This document shows, piece after piece, positions 40,895 to 50,619 of a stretch of DNA of 50,704 nt; position 1 is the stretch's first letter, and every line of letters begins with the position of its first letter. Origin of the DNA: an uncultured Rhodopirellula sp. (GTDB lineage Bacteria > Planctomycetota > Planctomycetia > Pirellulales > Pirellulaceae); contig CAXGAI010000033.1 in NCBI GenBank assembly GCA_964007735.1, positions 1 through 50,704 of the forward strand, read 5' to 3'. A model generated the notes under the pieces. That model saw nothing but the letters and a program-made list of their open reading frames with translations. It had not been told where the DNA came from and did no database searches. The translations under genes were made by a program, and so were the position numbers.

Positions 40895-42226
40895 ATGAAT
40901 AGAGTACTCCAAACGATTTGTGTTGTGTCATTGCTGACGGCATCTGCCAACGCTCAGGAAGCAGCCAGTTTTAAGGCCGATATTGCTCCAATTCTCATCA
41001 ATAACTGCCTTGCTTGCCACGGACCCAAGAAAGCCGAAGGTGGATATCGTGTAGATACCTTTGAACGGTTTTTGCGGGAGGGTGACTCAGGAGCAGCAGC
41101 TATTACAGCTGCGAATCACGACGAAAGTGAATCATTACGACGTATCAAGTCAGAAGACGAATTCGAGCGAATGCCTCTTGAAGGAGAGCCTTTATCCGCA
41201 GAAGAAGTTACGTTGATCGAGAAATGGATTACGGAAGGTGCGAAATATGATGCCGAGGACCCGAAAGCGCCTCTCGCGACGATCGTGCCGGCACCAACTC
41301 ATCCTGTACCACCGGAAGCCTATCCCAGAAGTGTACCGATTACGGCGGTGGCGTTTAGTCCTGATGGAAGTCAGGTTGTTACTGGCGGCTACCACGAAGT
41401 GGTTTTGTGGAACACAGCAGATGGAGCTTTGTTAAAGCGAATTCAAAACGTTGGTCAACGCACCTTTGCCCTGCGTTTTAGCAATGATGGGCAGCATTTG
41501 GTAGCGGCGGGAGGAGCTCCCGGCCGATTGGGTGAAGCTCGTATTTTCAATGCCGTCAGTGGAGAATTAGTGTCTGTGGTGGGAACGACTTCAGATGTCG
41601 TACTTGATGTGCAGTTTAACCCTGCGGGAGATCGATTAGCTGTGGCTGGTGCGGACAGCTCCATTCGAATTTATGAATTCCCAGCGGGCAATCTTCTTCG
41701 CACCATTTCAAGTCACTCAGATTGGATTATGGCGATAGCATGGGACAACGAGGGCAAGCGTTTGGCTTCTGCCTCGCGCGATAAGACCGCAAAGTTGTTT
41801 GATATCGAAACGGGTGAATTGTTAGTGACTTATAGTGGCCACAATAACCCAGTCAAAGGCGTAGCGTTCCACCCGGACAACAATCAGATCTATACTGCTG
41901 GTGGCGACAATAAAGTCCATTGGTGGAATTCAGCGGACGCCAAAAAAGGTGGAGAGCTTGCTCTGGGCGGTGAGGTGTACAAACTGGAAAGGATAGGTGG
42001 GATGATCACCACGTCTTCTGCAGACAAAACAATCCGACAGATTGATGCAGCGACTCAGAAAGAAATTCGCAATTATGGTGGTCATGCGGACTGGACTTTA
42101 TCTTCAGCATTTCACGAAGGAACCAAGCGTATTGCCGGCGGCGCCTTTGATGGTGCTGTTAAAATCTGGAATGCTGAGGATGGTGTCGAAGTACTTTCAT
42201 TCGTCGCGGCACCTGGCGTGAAATAA
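40895..42226 (+). CDS. Planctomycete cytochrome c (PSCyt1) + WD40 repeat protein
   Basis: SFKADIAPIL..NCLACHG, RMP..WITEGA, then WD40 repeats (HSDWIMAIAW, ASRDKTAKLFD, GHADW). Confidence 0.9.
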   Translation: MNRVLQTICVVSLLTASANAQEAASFKADIAPILINNCLACHGPKKAEGGYRVDTFERFLREGDSGAAAITAANHDESESLRRIKSEDEFERMPLEGEPLSAEEVTLIEKWITEGAKYDAEDPKAPLATIVPAPTHPVPPEAYPRSVPITAVAFSPDGSQVVTGGYHEVVLWNTADGALLKRIQNVGQRTFALRFSNDGQHLVAAGGAPGRLGEARIFNAVSGELVSVVGTTSDVVLDVQFNPAGDRLAVAGADSSIRIYEFPAGNLLRTISSHSDWIMAIAWDNEGKRLASASRDKTAKLFDIETGELLVTYSGHNNPVKGVAFHPDNNQIYTAGGDNKVHWWNSADAKKGGELALGGEVYKLERIGGMITTSSADKTIRQIDAATQKEIRNYGGHADWTLSSAFHEGTKRIAGGAFDGAVKIWNAEDGVEVLSFVAAPGVK

Positions 42227-42231
42227 TCAGC

Positions 42232-42861
42232 ATGCCGTCTTTGCAATGGAATGGGCCACGGTCTGCGGAATGGACCTTGGTGTTAGCTCACGGAGCCGGA
42301 GCTGGAATGGATTCGCCGTTTATGCGGTATATGGCGGATGCCATTTCACAACAAGGTGTGCGTGTAGGCCGCTTTAATTTTCCCTATATGGAACGCGCTG
42401 TCGAAGAAGGCAGACGACGGCCGCCGGATGCCATGAAGAAACTTTTGGTTGCCTGGGAAGAGGTTGCCCGGAATGTAGCGCGGTCATTAAAGGAAGGGCA
42501 GAGGCTAGCCATTGGTGGCAAGTCAATGGGTGGACGGATTGCTTCGATGTCTACTCAACTTGAAGGCGTCGGTGCGTTGATATGCCTGGGTTACCCGTTT
42601 CATCCGCCTGGGAAACCAGAGAAACTTCGAACGGATCATCTTGCAGATATTAAAGTGCCGGCAGTGATTATTCAGGGTGAACGCGATACGTTTGGCAATA
42701 AGGAAGAGGTGAAGAAGATGCATCTTGCTCGCCGAATTAAAAAAGTGTGGCTGCCCGATGGTGATCATAGCTTTAAGCCTAGAAAGTTATCCGGGCGAAC
42801 GCTCGAACAAAATCTGGACCTCGCTGTTGAGAAACTACTTGCCTTTCTAAGTGCCTGCTGA
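42232..42861 (+). CDS. Alpha/beta hydrolase (KANL3/Tex30-like)
   Basis: LAHGAGAGMDS, GGKSMGGR, LGYPFHPPGK, QGERD, GDHSF. Confidence 0.9.
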   Translation: MPSLQWNGPRSAEWTLVLAHGAGAGMDSPFMRYMADAISQQGVRVGRFNFPYMERAVEEGRRRPPDAMKKLLVAWEEVARNVARSLKEGQRLAIGGKSMGGRIASMSTQLEGVGALICLGYPFHPPGKPEKLRTDHLADIKVPAVIIQGERDTFGNKEEVKKMHLARRIKKVWLPDGDHSFKPRKLSGRTLEQNLDLAVEKLLAFLSAC

Positions 42862-44631
42862 AGATCCAGGCAGAAAGCCAGCCTCATCCCAGCCGCGCTC
42901 TAAATTGTAAGCTGTTACGAGTGTTTCCAGAGTTTCTCGGTTTAATCTTGCATCACGATCATCTGCTAACGCCGAGGTCAACATCCGCTCAGGCAGAGTG
43001 TCTTCTTCAGGAGACCATCCGCATAGGATGTTAAATCGTTTTTTAGCGTCAATAATTCCTTTGGCGGTGCTGATTAGGTCACTGGATTCCAACCGCCAGC
43101 CCGTAATGAGGTTGAGCATGGTGGCACATTCGGCAAAATAATCGTCGAAAACTCCGCGTAGGAATTTACAGAGTATGAGGGAATCCATAATAGCGGCCTT
43201 ATCCTCCGTTTCTACGGCCAGACGAGCCTGATGGACTTTAGCATTGCGACGGTCAACCTCTTCCGAGAAGTCGACTTCGTAGGCCCCACTTCGGTTATGG
43301 TCGGCCCCACGAGTTCCCACTGCGAAGCCGAGTGCCATTGTTTGGAGAGCCCGAGGCTCATAGCCAGGAAGCTCAAGCCCCTTTACCTGAGGGGCAAAAG
43401 CAATGGTGTTATTGCCTAATTCCATTGCTAAGGTGCGGCTTCCCTGAGCGAGCCTTACACCAATACCTTCCCCGCGACCAATCATGTGGATGGCTTGGAG
43501 CAGTGCGTCGCCATTGCCAAAGGTTAACCACGTTTCATTAAGAAATCCCCGTTCAACACACTCCATGGCAAAGGCAATCGTTCCGCCGGTGCTGATCGTA
43601 TCGAGACCGTAATAATCACAAAGCTGAGAGGCTTGCAATACCGTCTGTTGATCACTTACTTCACAGAGTGGTCCCAGCGCAAACAGATTTTCGTATTCAA
43701 TACGTGCACGAGATGGCCGACCGTCGACGGGGATTGAGTAGACATGAGTACAGCCGATGGTACAGGCAGCACAACTTTCTCTTATCTTTTCGTGTGCGAT
43801 GTTCATAGCTTCGGGCGACAATTCTCCGGCTTTTTCAAACGAACCCTTTTGGAAGTTGCGTGTTGGCAGGCAATTGAGGCGATTGAAAATCAATACATTA
43901 GCCGCCGTCCCAAGCTCCCGATATTTCTCAGTTGCCGGTCCGAAGGAACGTTGTGACAGGTTACGTGCTTGTGCGATGAGTCCCTCGGTGTCGTGCCAGG
44001 CTGCTCTTTGATTGCCTCGAACAGCAACGGCTTTAATGTTCTTGGCTCCAAGCACAGCGCCGCTGCCTCCTCGACCGGCGTGACGTCCGCTATGGGAGAT
44101 AGTAGCGTATCGCACGAGTTGTTCGCCGGCGGGTCCAATGACGGCAAAGGAGAACTTGTTCCCAAACTCCTCTCGCAGTTGTAATTCCGCGTCTTCAGCC
44201 GAAAGGCCCCACAGATGTTCAGCGGGTTTGAGACTAATTTGATTTTCCTCGATTACTAGAATCGATGGTGAGACGGCGCGTCCTTTTATTAGCAGGGCAT
44301 CGTTGCCCGTACGTTTGCCGGCAATAGCGAATGTACTGCTGGCTAGAGAGTCGTTAATCCGCCCGGTAAGCGGGCTTCGACTGACAACTGCAAATTTAGC
44401 GCTGGTGGTTAACGGACTACCAACCAGAGGGCTGAATGCGAAAACGATACTTGCCTCAGCCGCAAGTGGATCATGTTTCCATGATTCATGCTCAAGCAAA
44501 AGGTGTGTGCCCAGCCCACTCCCTCCGATGGACTGTTGTAAGAGTGTCGTGTCCAACTCATGTCGCGTTGCCACGCCATTGGAAACATTGATTTCCAGAT
44601 ATTGCTGATGATAACCGTTAGCTTTGCTCAC
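42847..44631 (-). CDS. aor: Tungsten-type aldehyde:ferredoxin oxidoreductase family protein
   Basis: SPLTG, IGPAGE, AGRGGSGAVLGAKNIKAVAV, CAACTIGC and DSLILC (4Fe-4S ligands), EYE, DYYGLDTIS, RGADH. GTG 44631 has RBS GGAGG. Confidence 0.92.
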   Translation of the reverse strand: MSKANGYHQQYLEINVSNGVATRHELDTTLLQQSIGGSGLGTHLLLEHESWKHDPLAAEASIVFAFSPLVGSPLTTSAKFAVVSRSPLTGRINDSLASSTFAIAGKRTGNDALLIKGRAVSPSILVIEENQISLKPAEHLWGLSAEDAELQLREEFGNKFSFAVIGPAGEQLVRYATISHSGRHAGRGGSGAVLGAKNIKAVAVRGNQRAAWHDTEGLIAQARNLSQRSFGPATEKYRELGTAANVLIFNRLNCLPTRNFQKGSFEKAGELSPEAMNIAHEKIRESCAACTIGCTHVYSIPVDGRPSRARIEYENLFALGPLCEVSDQQTVLQASQLCDYYGLDTISTGGTIAFAMECVERGFLNETWLTFGNGDALLQAIHMIGRGEGIGVRLAQGSRTLAMELGNNTIAFAPQVKGLELPGYEPRALQTMALGFAVGTRGADHNRSGAYEVDFSEEVDRRNAKVHQARLAVETEDKAAIMDSLILCKFLRGVFDDYFAECATMLNLITGWRLESSDLISTAKGIIDAKKRFNILCGWSPEEDTLPERMLTSALADDRDARLNRETLETLVTAYNLERGWDEAGFLPGSSAGT

Positions 44632-44632
44632 T

Positions 44633-44908
44633 CTATCCTCCAGCATCCATCGAGAGGATCAACAGCGCATCGCCATCGCGGGCGATGCCATCTTCGGAGT
44701 GAAAAAACTGGTTGCCGTTGAGATTGACGGTCATGTGCTTATTGACGATGCCATCATCCATGCAGTGTTTCTCGAAAGCTGGATGCTTACTTGCAACGGC
44801 CCTGATGACATCATGAATACCCATTTCATCACGATCAAATTCATAAGTTTCGCTGGCGATGCCGACACGTTGTCGCGGGATACCGTAATACTCTATTGTG
44901 ATCTTCAT
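44633..44908 (-). CDS. moaD: MoaD/ThiS family sulfur carrier protein
   Basis: 91 aa ubiquitin-like protein ending AGG, directly upstream of aor. Confidence 0.85.
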   Translation of the reverse strand: MKITIEYYGIPRQRVGIASETYEFDRDEMGIHDVIRAVASKHPAFEKHCMDDGIVNKHMTVNLNGNQFFHSEDGIARDGDALLILSMDAGG

Positions 44909-45064
44909 CGAAAATAGCCACGAGTGGTCTGGGTTGCTTGCAAGATGGTGCGGAAGGCACCAAAATATAGCTTTCCTTCATATTAAACATAGAAGGTTAA
45001 TCCGACAATGAATCAAAGTTCCAGCCCTACTTTGTAGGGATTAAACTCCAGGAGAACAAAGAAT

Positions 45065-46072
45065 ATGTACCGTACATTGATGCGAACAGTCATGGCTCTG
45101 GCACTTATGATTGGCGGTGTCGTCGCTGCCAATGCCGCAGGTCCTAAAATCACAGACCCAGCTAAAGTGGACAGTGACTATGCTCTCCAGGGAGAGTATA
45201 CGGGCACATTTGAAGATAATGGTGAAACATGGAAAGCCGGAGCCCAGATCATTGCTCTTGGTAATGGAGAGTTTGCGATTTCGTTTTATCCTGGTGGACT
45301 GCCAGGTGATGGATTTGGCCGAGACAAGTCTAAGGTAACTCGAGCTAATGGGAAATTAGAAAATGGCGAAGTAAAGTTTTCTTCAGACCAAGGATCCGCC
45401 GTCCTTTCTAAAGACGGCGTCGCGTTGTTTGACACTGACGGCAATGGTGGACCGGTCCTTAAGAAAGTCCATCGAAAGAGTCCGACGCTCGGCAAAAAGC
45501 CTCCTAAGGGAGCGGTTGTCTTGTTCGACGGTTCTAACGTAGATAACTGGAAGAATGGACGTTTGTCTGATGATGGTTTGTTGATGGAAGGAACGACCAG
45601 TAAGAATTTATTCCAGGATCACCATGTTCATCTGGAATTCCGAATACCTTACCAACCACTTGATCGTGGGCAAGGCCGAGGTAATTCAGGTATTTATGTG
45701 CAGGGTCGGTACGAAATACAGATGTTGGATTCATTTGGGCTTCACGGTGCGATGAACGAGTGTGGCGGAATCTATAGTGTTACTGAAACCCCGATTAACA
45801 TGGCGTTTCCCCCGCTAACCTGGCAGACGTACGATATCTACTATACAGCCGGTCGATATGACGATAACGGAAAAGTCGTGAAGCATCCATTTGTTTCGGT
45901 TTATCACAACGGGGTTAAAATTCACGACAAGGTTCAGTTGCCAGGTGAACGCAATACGACTGCGGCCCCTTTGAAAGCTGGTGCCGCGCCAGGTCCTGTC
46001 TTCCTGCAGAATCACGGCTGTCCTGTACGTTATCGAAACATCTGGGTGGTCGAAAGCTCAGACGAAAAATAG
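45065..46072 (+). CDS. DUF1080 (3-keto-disaccharide hydrolase-like) secreted protein
   Basis: Signal peptide, VVLFDG, HLEF, GNSGIY..GRYEIQMLD, WQTYDI, LQNHG..VRYRNIW; RBS AGGAG. Confidence 0.9.
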   Translation: MYRTLMRTVMALALMIGGVVAANAAGPKITDPAKVDSDYALQGEYTGTFEDNGETWKAGAQIIALGNGEFAISFYPGGLPGDGFGRDKSKVTRANGKLENGEVKFSSDQGSAVLSKDGVALFDTDGNGGPVLKKVHRKSPTLGKKPPKGAVVLFDGSNVDNWKNGRLSDDGLLMEGTTSKNLFQDHHVHLEFRIPYQPLDRGQGRGNSGIYVQGRYEIQMLDSFGLHGAMNECGGIYSVTETPINMAFPPLTWQTYDIYYTAGRYDDNGKVVKHPFVSVYHNGVKIHDKVQLPGERNTTAAPLKAGAAPGPVFLQNHGCPVRYRNIWVVESSDEK

Positions 46073-46115
46073 GGCTTGTAATAACCCCACAAAAGTATGG
46101 TAGAAGGCTATAGTC

Positions 46116-46499
46116 CTACTCAGGACTATAGCCTTCTTCGTCGATAACCTCAAAGATATAGCCATTGGGATCCTTAAAGAAGAATCGTTCAAAGGGAGTG
46201 TCTCGGATGGGATCTATCAGTTCGGCGCGATTTTCAACCAGACGTGCTTTTAGCGAGTTAAATTCGCTACCCTTATAAAAGACAGCAAAATGTCTACCAA
46301 ATTCAGCCTCAAATGGGGAAACTTGAAAATCGTCAACCCGCAGCAGGTGAAGCTGTTGGCCGGGAGCGATATTGAGCCAGTCCGCTGTCCGGTCGATATT
46401 GCCAGGACGGGAAATAGGCGTCCATCCCATGGTCTTTTGAAAGAATTGACTGGAGGCTACGACATCCTGAGTAGCTAACGTTAAATGTGCGAACGACAT
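46116..46499 (-). CDS. VOC/glyoxalase family protein
   Basis: FAHLTL, QLHL, HFAV, FFKDPNGYIFEV. Confidence 0.9.
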   Translation of the reverse strand: MSFAHLTLATQDVVASSQFFQKTMGWTPISRPGNIDRTADWLNIAPGQQLHLLRVDDFQVSPFEAEFGRHFAVFYKGSEFNSLKARLVENRAELIDPIRDTPFERFFFKDPNGYIFEVIDEEGYSPE

Positions 46500-46596
46500 C
46501 GGAATTCCTTATTGGTAAGATGGCCTCTATCATAAATGACGTAATAGATACAATAAACTCAGTTGAACTGAATCGTTAGAAATTGTTGATCGAGAA

Positions 46597-48252
46597 ATGA
46601 ACCGAATAGCTCCAGAAATGAAAATCCTGAAAGCATGCAGCCTTGTTCTGACGGCATTGATCATCGGATGTGGCCAGACCGAACAAGCCGAACAGACGAA
46701 TAATGATCAGCCTCGTGAATTAGTACCAGGCGTGGATATTCCATTAAATCCGCAAGGTGATATCCGCCCAAAAAAGAAAGAGCTAAAACGTACAACGGGT
46801 CTTGGGCTGGAAGCGGAAGCTCCTCCGCGTCGATTGGTAAACACCGTCGGGGTCATTCAACCAGAAGTTACGAAGTTACTTGAACAGATTGATGCTAGTC
46901 GTCAGGAAGGGCCCACCTTGGTTGCCTGGGTTATCGACCGTAGTAATAGTGCGGCGAATATGGTTGATGGTATTCGCCAACAGATTCAGTACTATTATGA
47001 CGAACTTGCCGTCGAACATGGAAAAGCTGAACGGGAAGATCAGGCTGAAATCGAACGGAATAATTTATATACGGGTATTTATACGTTTGGCGAAACAGTT
47101 GAATGCACGTTGCCAGTTACGCCTGAGTTGAAAAAAGCGAAGGCCGCCTTCTCGACGATTCCCGTCGACAACAGCGGGATTGAAAATTCTTTTGCAGCCT
47201 TAAAAGTCGCTGTCGATGAAGCGAAAAAAATGCGTGTTGAACACGGATACGAAGTGTTTTTGGTGGTCGTGACAGATGAAGCGGGTGACGATCAGCAAAT
47301 AGCGGATGAAATTCGCCCTGACTTGTCCAAGTATGCGATGCCGTTATACGTCATTGGCGTGAACGCTCCTTTTGGAAAACGCGCGATTCTGCCTGAACAT
47401 GTTGAAGCCGGAGTGAACGGGCAAGCGAGTCAATCACGGATTAATCAGGGCCCAGAAACTCGGGACCTAGAACAGTTGTTGCTTGCATATCCGGCAGCCG
47501 GTTTAAGTATGGACACTGTCGACAGCGGCTATGGCCCGTTTGCATGGGAGTTGTTATGTCGCAGTAGTGGCGGTGTATTTCTTGGCTTGAAAGCTCCTGG
47601 TTATACATCTGCGATGCTTAGTCGTCCAGGAAGCCGTCCGGTAGCATTAATCGGTTCCTATGGTGGCTCGATCATGTCAAAATACGCACCTGACTATGTA
47701 AGTCGAGCGAAGTACGATGAGATGATTCAGGCCAATGGCGCGATCAAAGCGTTGTTGAATGTGGCACGAATGAAGAATATTCCAACGTTAATCAATTATC
47801 AGGTCGATTTTGATGGCGTTGATGTGACCCGATTAAACCAGGCTTTAAGTCAGGCTCAGCTGGGGGCTGCCCAGATAGAACCCGGACTAAACACAGCCTA
47901 TAACATGCTTGCCGCTGGTGAACCTGATCGTGAACAACTCACCAAGCTGCGATGGCAAGCTGGCTACGATTTAGCGATGGGGCGTATTCTTGCTGCTAAA
48001 TCCCGGGTGGAAGGTTATAACGCCATGTTAGCTGCATTAAAGAGAGGTAAATCATTTGAGAATGAAGGTAGCACTCGCTGGTTGCTTACTCCTGCAGAAG
48101 AAACAGAAGCAGGTAGCGCGGTAAAGAAGATCGGAGAGAGAGCGGTTGAGTATCTCGAACGAGTGAAAAAAGTCCATGCGGGTACACCTTGGGCACAGAT
48201 GGCCGAGATGGAATTGCAGGTTCCGGTCGGCTGGAAATGGATGGAACAATAA
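46597..48252 (+). CDS. vWA-domain lipoprotein
   Basis: Lipobox-like IIGC, MIDAS-type WVIDRSNS, VVVTDEAGDD, DSGYGPF, C-terminal HAGTPWA. Confidence 0.82.
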   Translation: MNRIAPEMKILKACSLVLTALIIGCGQTEQAEQTNNDQPRELVPGVDIPLNPQGDIRPKKKELKRTTGLGLEAEAPPRRLVNTVGVIQPEVTKLLEQIDASRQEGPTLVAWVIDRSNSAANMVDGIRQQIQYYYDELAVEHGKAEREDQAEIERNNLYTGIYTFGETVECTLPVTPELKKAKAAFSTIPVDNSGIENSFAALKVAVDEAKKMRVEHGYEVFLVVVTDEAGDDQQIADEIRPDLSKYAMPLYVIGVNAPFGKRAILPEHVEAGVNGQASQSRINQGPETRDLEQLLLAYPAAGLSMDTVDSGYGPFAWELLCRSSGGVFLGLKAPGYTSAMLSRPGSRPVALIGSYGGSIMSKYAPDYVSRAKYDEMIQANGAIKALLNVARMKNIPTLINYQVDFDGVDVTRLNQALSQAQLGAAQIEPGLNTAYNMLAAGEPDREQLTKLRWQAGYDLAMGRILAAKSRVEGYNAMLAALKRGKSFENEGSTRWLLTPAEETEAGSAVKKIGERAVEYLERVKKVHAGTPWAQMAEMELQVPVGWKWMEQ

Positions 48253-48462
48253 ATGAGCGAAGAAAGCAGAGATCAGAATCAGCCGGGGTTTGAGTTACCT
48301 ATTTATAAAACGCAGGATTGTGAAAGTAACGCGCCGTCCCCGCAGGTGACCTTGGATATGTTTAATGAACTCCAGCTTGAATTGCTGCAACTGCGTGCGG
48401 AGTTTGCTAAGCTTCGGCGGCAGATTCAAGAACAAGAGCAGCAGCAAGACGCTGACGACTAA
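48253..48462 (+). CDS. Small coiled-coil hypothetical protein
   Basis: ATG directly abuts the vWA stop; acidic N-terminus and heptad C-terminus. Confidence 0.55.
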   Translation: MSEESRDQNQPGFELPIYKTQDCESNAPSPQVTLDMFNELQLELLQLRAEFAKLRRQIQEQEQQQDADD

Positions 48463-49295
48463 AGCGTACGGAGTAAGCTGATCACGATCGCTGTAAGCCT
48501 GGGCTCTGCCAGACGGGCAATGTCAACGACTTCCTCCGCCGTTGTTTCAGATAGCGTATCGGGTTTGGCAATATTCGTGACGGCGGATAATGCCAAAACT
48601 TGCATCTGCAGCGAGTGTGCCGTGAGGACTTCAGGGACGGTAGACATTCCTACAACATCACCACCAATCTTACGTACCATTCGGTACTCACTGCGCGTTT
48701 CATAGTTGGGCCCCGTGAGGCTCACGTAGCAGCCCTCATGCACAGGGAAGTTGTGCTGTCGTCCGGTTCGGAGCGCCAGGTCGATTAGTTTTCGATCGTA
48801 GATAAGTGTGCCGGGCTGATCTGGAGGAAGGGGGATGACGTTATTGCCTCCCAGTTCCTCATGCCGACGGAACATCAGATTGATATGGCTGCTCATTACC
48901 ATGATGTCACCGCCGGTGAATTTAGGATTTACACCACCACTGGCGTTGGAAACAACTAGGATTTCAGCGCCAAGCTTGTGCATAATATAGACCGGTAGCA
49001 CTGCATCGGAAGAGGAGTAACCTTCATATAGATGGAATCGCCCCTGCATGGCAACAACAGGTATGCCTTCCAGTGTTCCAAGGACGAGCTGTCCCTGATG
49101 ACTTAATGCTGTTGATTGTGGAAAATGAGGAATCTCGTCGTAGGGGAGCGTGACTTCCGGTTGAATGTGAGTTGCAAGTTTCCCTAGTCCCGTACCCAGA
49201 ATGATGGCAACACGGGGTACCGTATTCGCACGCTGACGAACGAAGTCGGTTGCTTCGTCAATCCTTTGCAGGTAGTCCGAGGATGCTGTTGACAT
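48459..49295 (-). CDS. punA: Purine-nucleoside phosphorylase (trimeric type)
   Basis: [43 protein letters not shown]. Confidence 0.93.
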   Translation of the reverse strand: MSTASSDYLQRIDEATDFVRQRANTVPRVAIILGTGLGKLATHIQPEVTLPYDEIPHFPQSTALSHQGQLVLGTLEGIPVVAMQGRFHLYEGYSSSDAVLPVYIMHKLGAEILVVSNASGGVNPKFTGGDIMVMSSHINLMFRRHEELGGNNVIPLPPDQPGTLIYDRKLIDLALRTGRQHNFPVHEGCYVSLTGPNYETRSEYRMVRKIGGDVVGMSTVPEVLTAHSLQMQVLALSAVTNIAKPDTLSETTAEEVVDIARLAEPRLTAIVISLLRTL

Positions 49296-49303
49296 TGGTT
49301 ATC

Positions 49304-49992
49304 TTATGAATTCTCTTCAGACAGAACGCCTTTTACCAACGTTGTCAGGTGTGGCTCAGCACCATTAGCTACGGCAATGATTTCTTCAACATTGGCCGGT
49401 TGAAGAGCATCGGGTAAACACATGTCAGTGATAATGGAGAATCCAACAACTCGTAGGCCGCAGTGCACCGCCACGATTACTTCCGGTACCGTAGACATAC
49501 CGACGACGTCCGCACCAATCGTTCTTAAGAATCGATATTCGGCACGAGTCTCGAGATTTGGACCGGCAACGGCAACAAACACACCTTTATGAGCAACAAT
49601 GTCTTCCTTACGGGCGATGGCTAGTGCACGATCTACGAGAGATTGCTGGTAGGGCTCGCACATGTCAGGAAAGCGAGGCCCAAGGCGGTCGTCATTGATG
49701 CCTATCAGTGGGTTATCACCCATGAGGTTGATATGATCTTCGATGATCATGATATCGCCGCAACGGTAATTTGGATTCATACCACCACAGGCATTGGATA
49801 CTACCAGAAGCTCTGCACCTAAAGCCTTCATAACGCGGACGGGCAACGTGATCATCTTCAACGGATAGCCTTCATACATGTGCATTCGGCCTTCCATGGC
49901 AACGATGGGTAGCCCGGCCAATGTTCCACAGACAAGTCGCCCTGCATGACTGATGGCAGTGGAAGATGGGAAGTGTGGAATATCACTGTAGT
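49304..49992 (-). CDS. Second purine-nucleoside phosphorylase, lacking its N-terminus in this sequence
   Basis: DYSDIPHFP...[39 protein letters not shown]. The ILGxGLG N-terminal segment is replaced by unrelated sequence. Confidence 0.88.
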
Positions 49993-50590
49993 CAAGGTGG
50001 AGAGTGTTTTTGATGCGAACATGGTTACTTTCTTTTTGGGAATGAGATAATAATCTCTCCAACACATCATAATTTTTTGGGTAGCCAGAATCGTTCCAGG
50101 TAGGCCTTCCCATATGAAAAAAAGGTACTTTGACCCCACCTGAAATAACTGAGTCGGACAATGGGCTCATCCAACTATCAAGAACAATACATGCTTTTAT
50201 TCTTTTATCTCTGTAAGAGGCTAGGGTAGCGGTCCCCCCTCCAAAAGAATGGCCCCCAACTCCAATTTTTTTAAGGTTAAGTCTTCCACCTAAAAATGAT
50301 TTGGATTCTTGATTAAGCATTTCAATTCTATCAATAACATGGCTTATGTCAAGGGAGCGAGTTTCTAATTGTTTTTTCCGAATGGCAATGCTGTCTGGGT
50401 CTCCAGTTATTTCAGATCGATAATCAGCAATTCTACCATCCGGGAAAATAGTTAGGTTAGCATCGAAGCTATGGTCTGGTGCAAAAACAACATAACCCTG
50501 GCTTGCCAAGTATTCAAAAAGTGACTGATGAAGGTGTCTTGATCCGCTTATTCCATGGGAGAAAATAAACACCGGATAAACATTGCTATT
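49975..50590 (-). other. AT-rich fragment encoding a PAF-acetylhydrolase-like alpha/beta hydrolase core, in frame with the PNP
   Basis: [42 protein letters not shown]; base composition is sharply different from the rest of the window. Confidence 0.8.
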
Positions 50591-50619
50591 TTTAGGAGTA
50601 AAATATTTAACTATATTAG

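Noticed and set aside
44909..45064. Moco/Wco riboswitch upstream of moaD-aor
   Set aside because: Two small hairpins (GGTGC-GGAAG-GCACC and CCCTAC-TTT-GTAGGG) but no recognisable multi-stem consensus. An Rfam scan would settle it.
49304..50572. A genuine bifunctional hydrolase-PNP enzyme
   Set aside because: The PNP half lacks its N-terminal phosphate-binding loop, the hydrolase is truncated, and composition changes abruptly. It is treated as a probable chimera pending read evidence.
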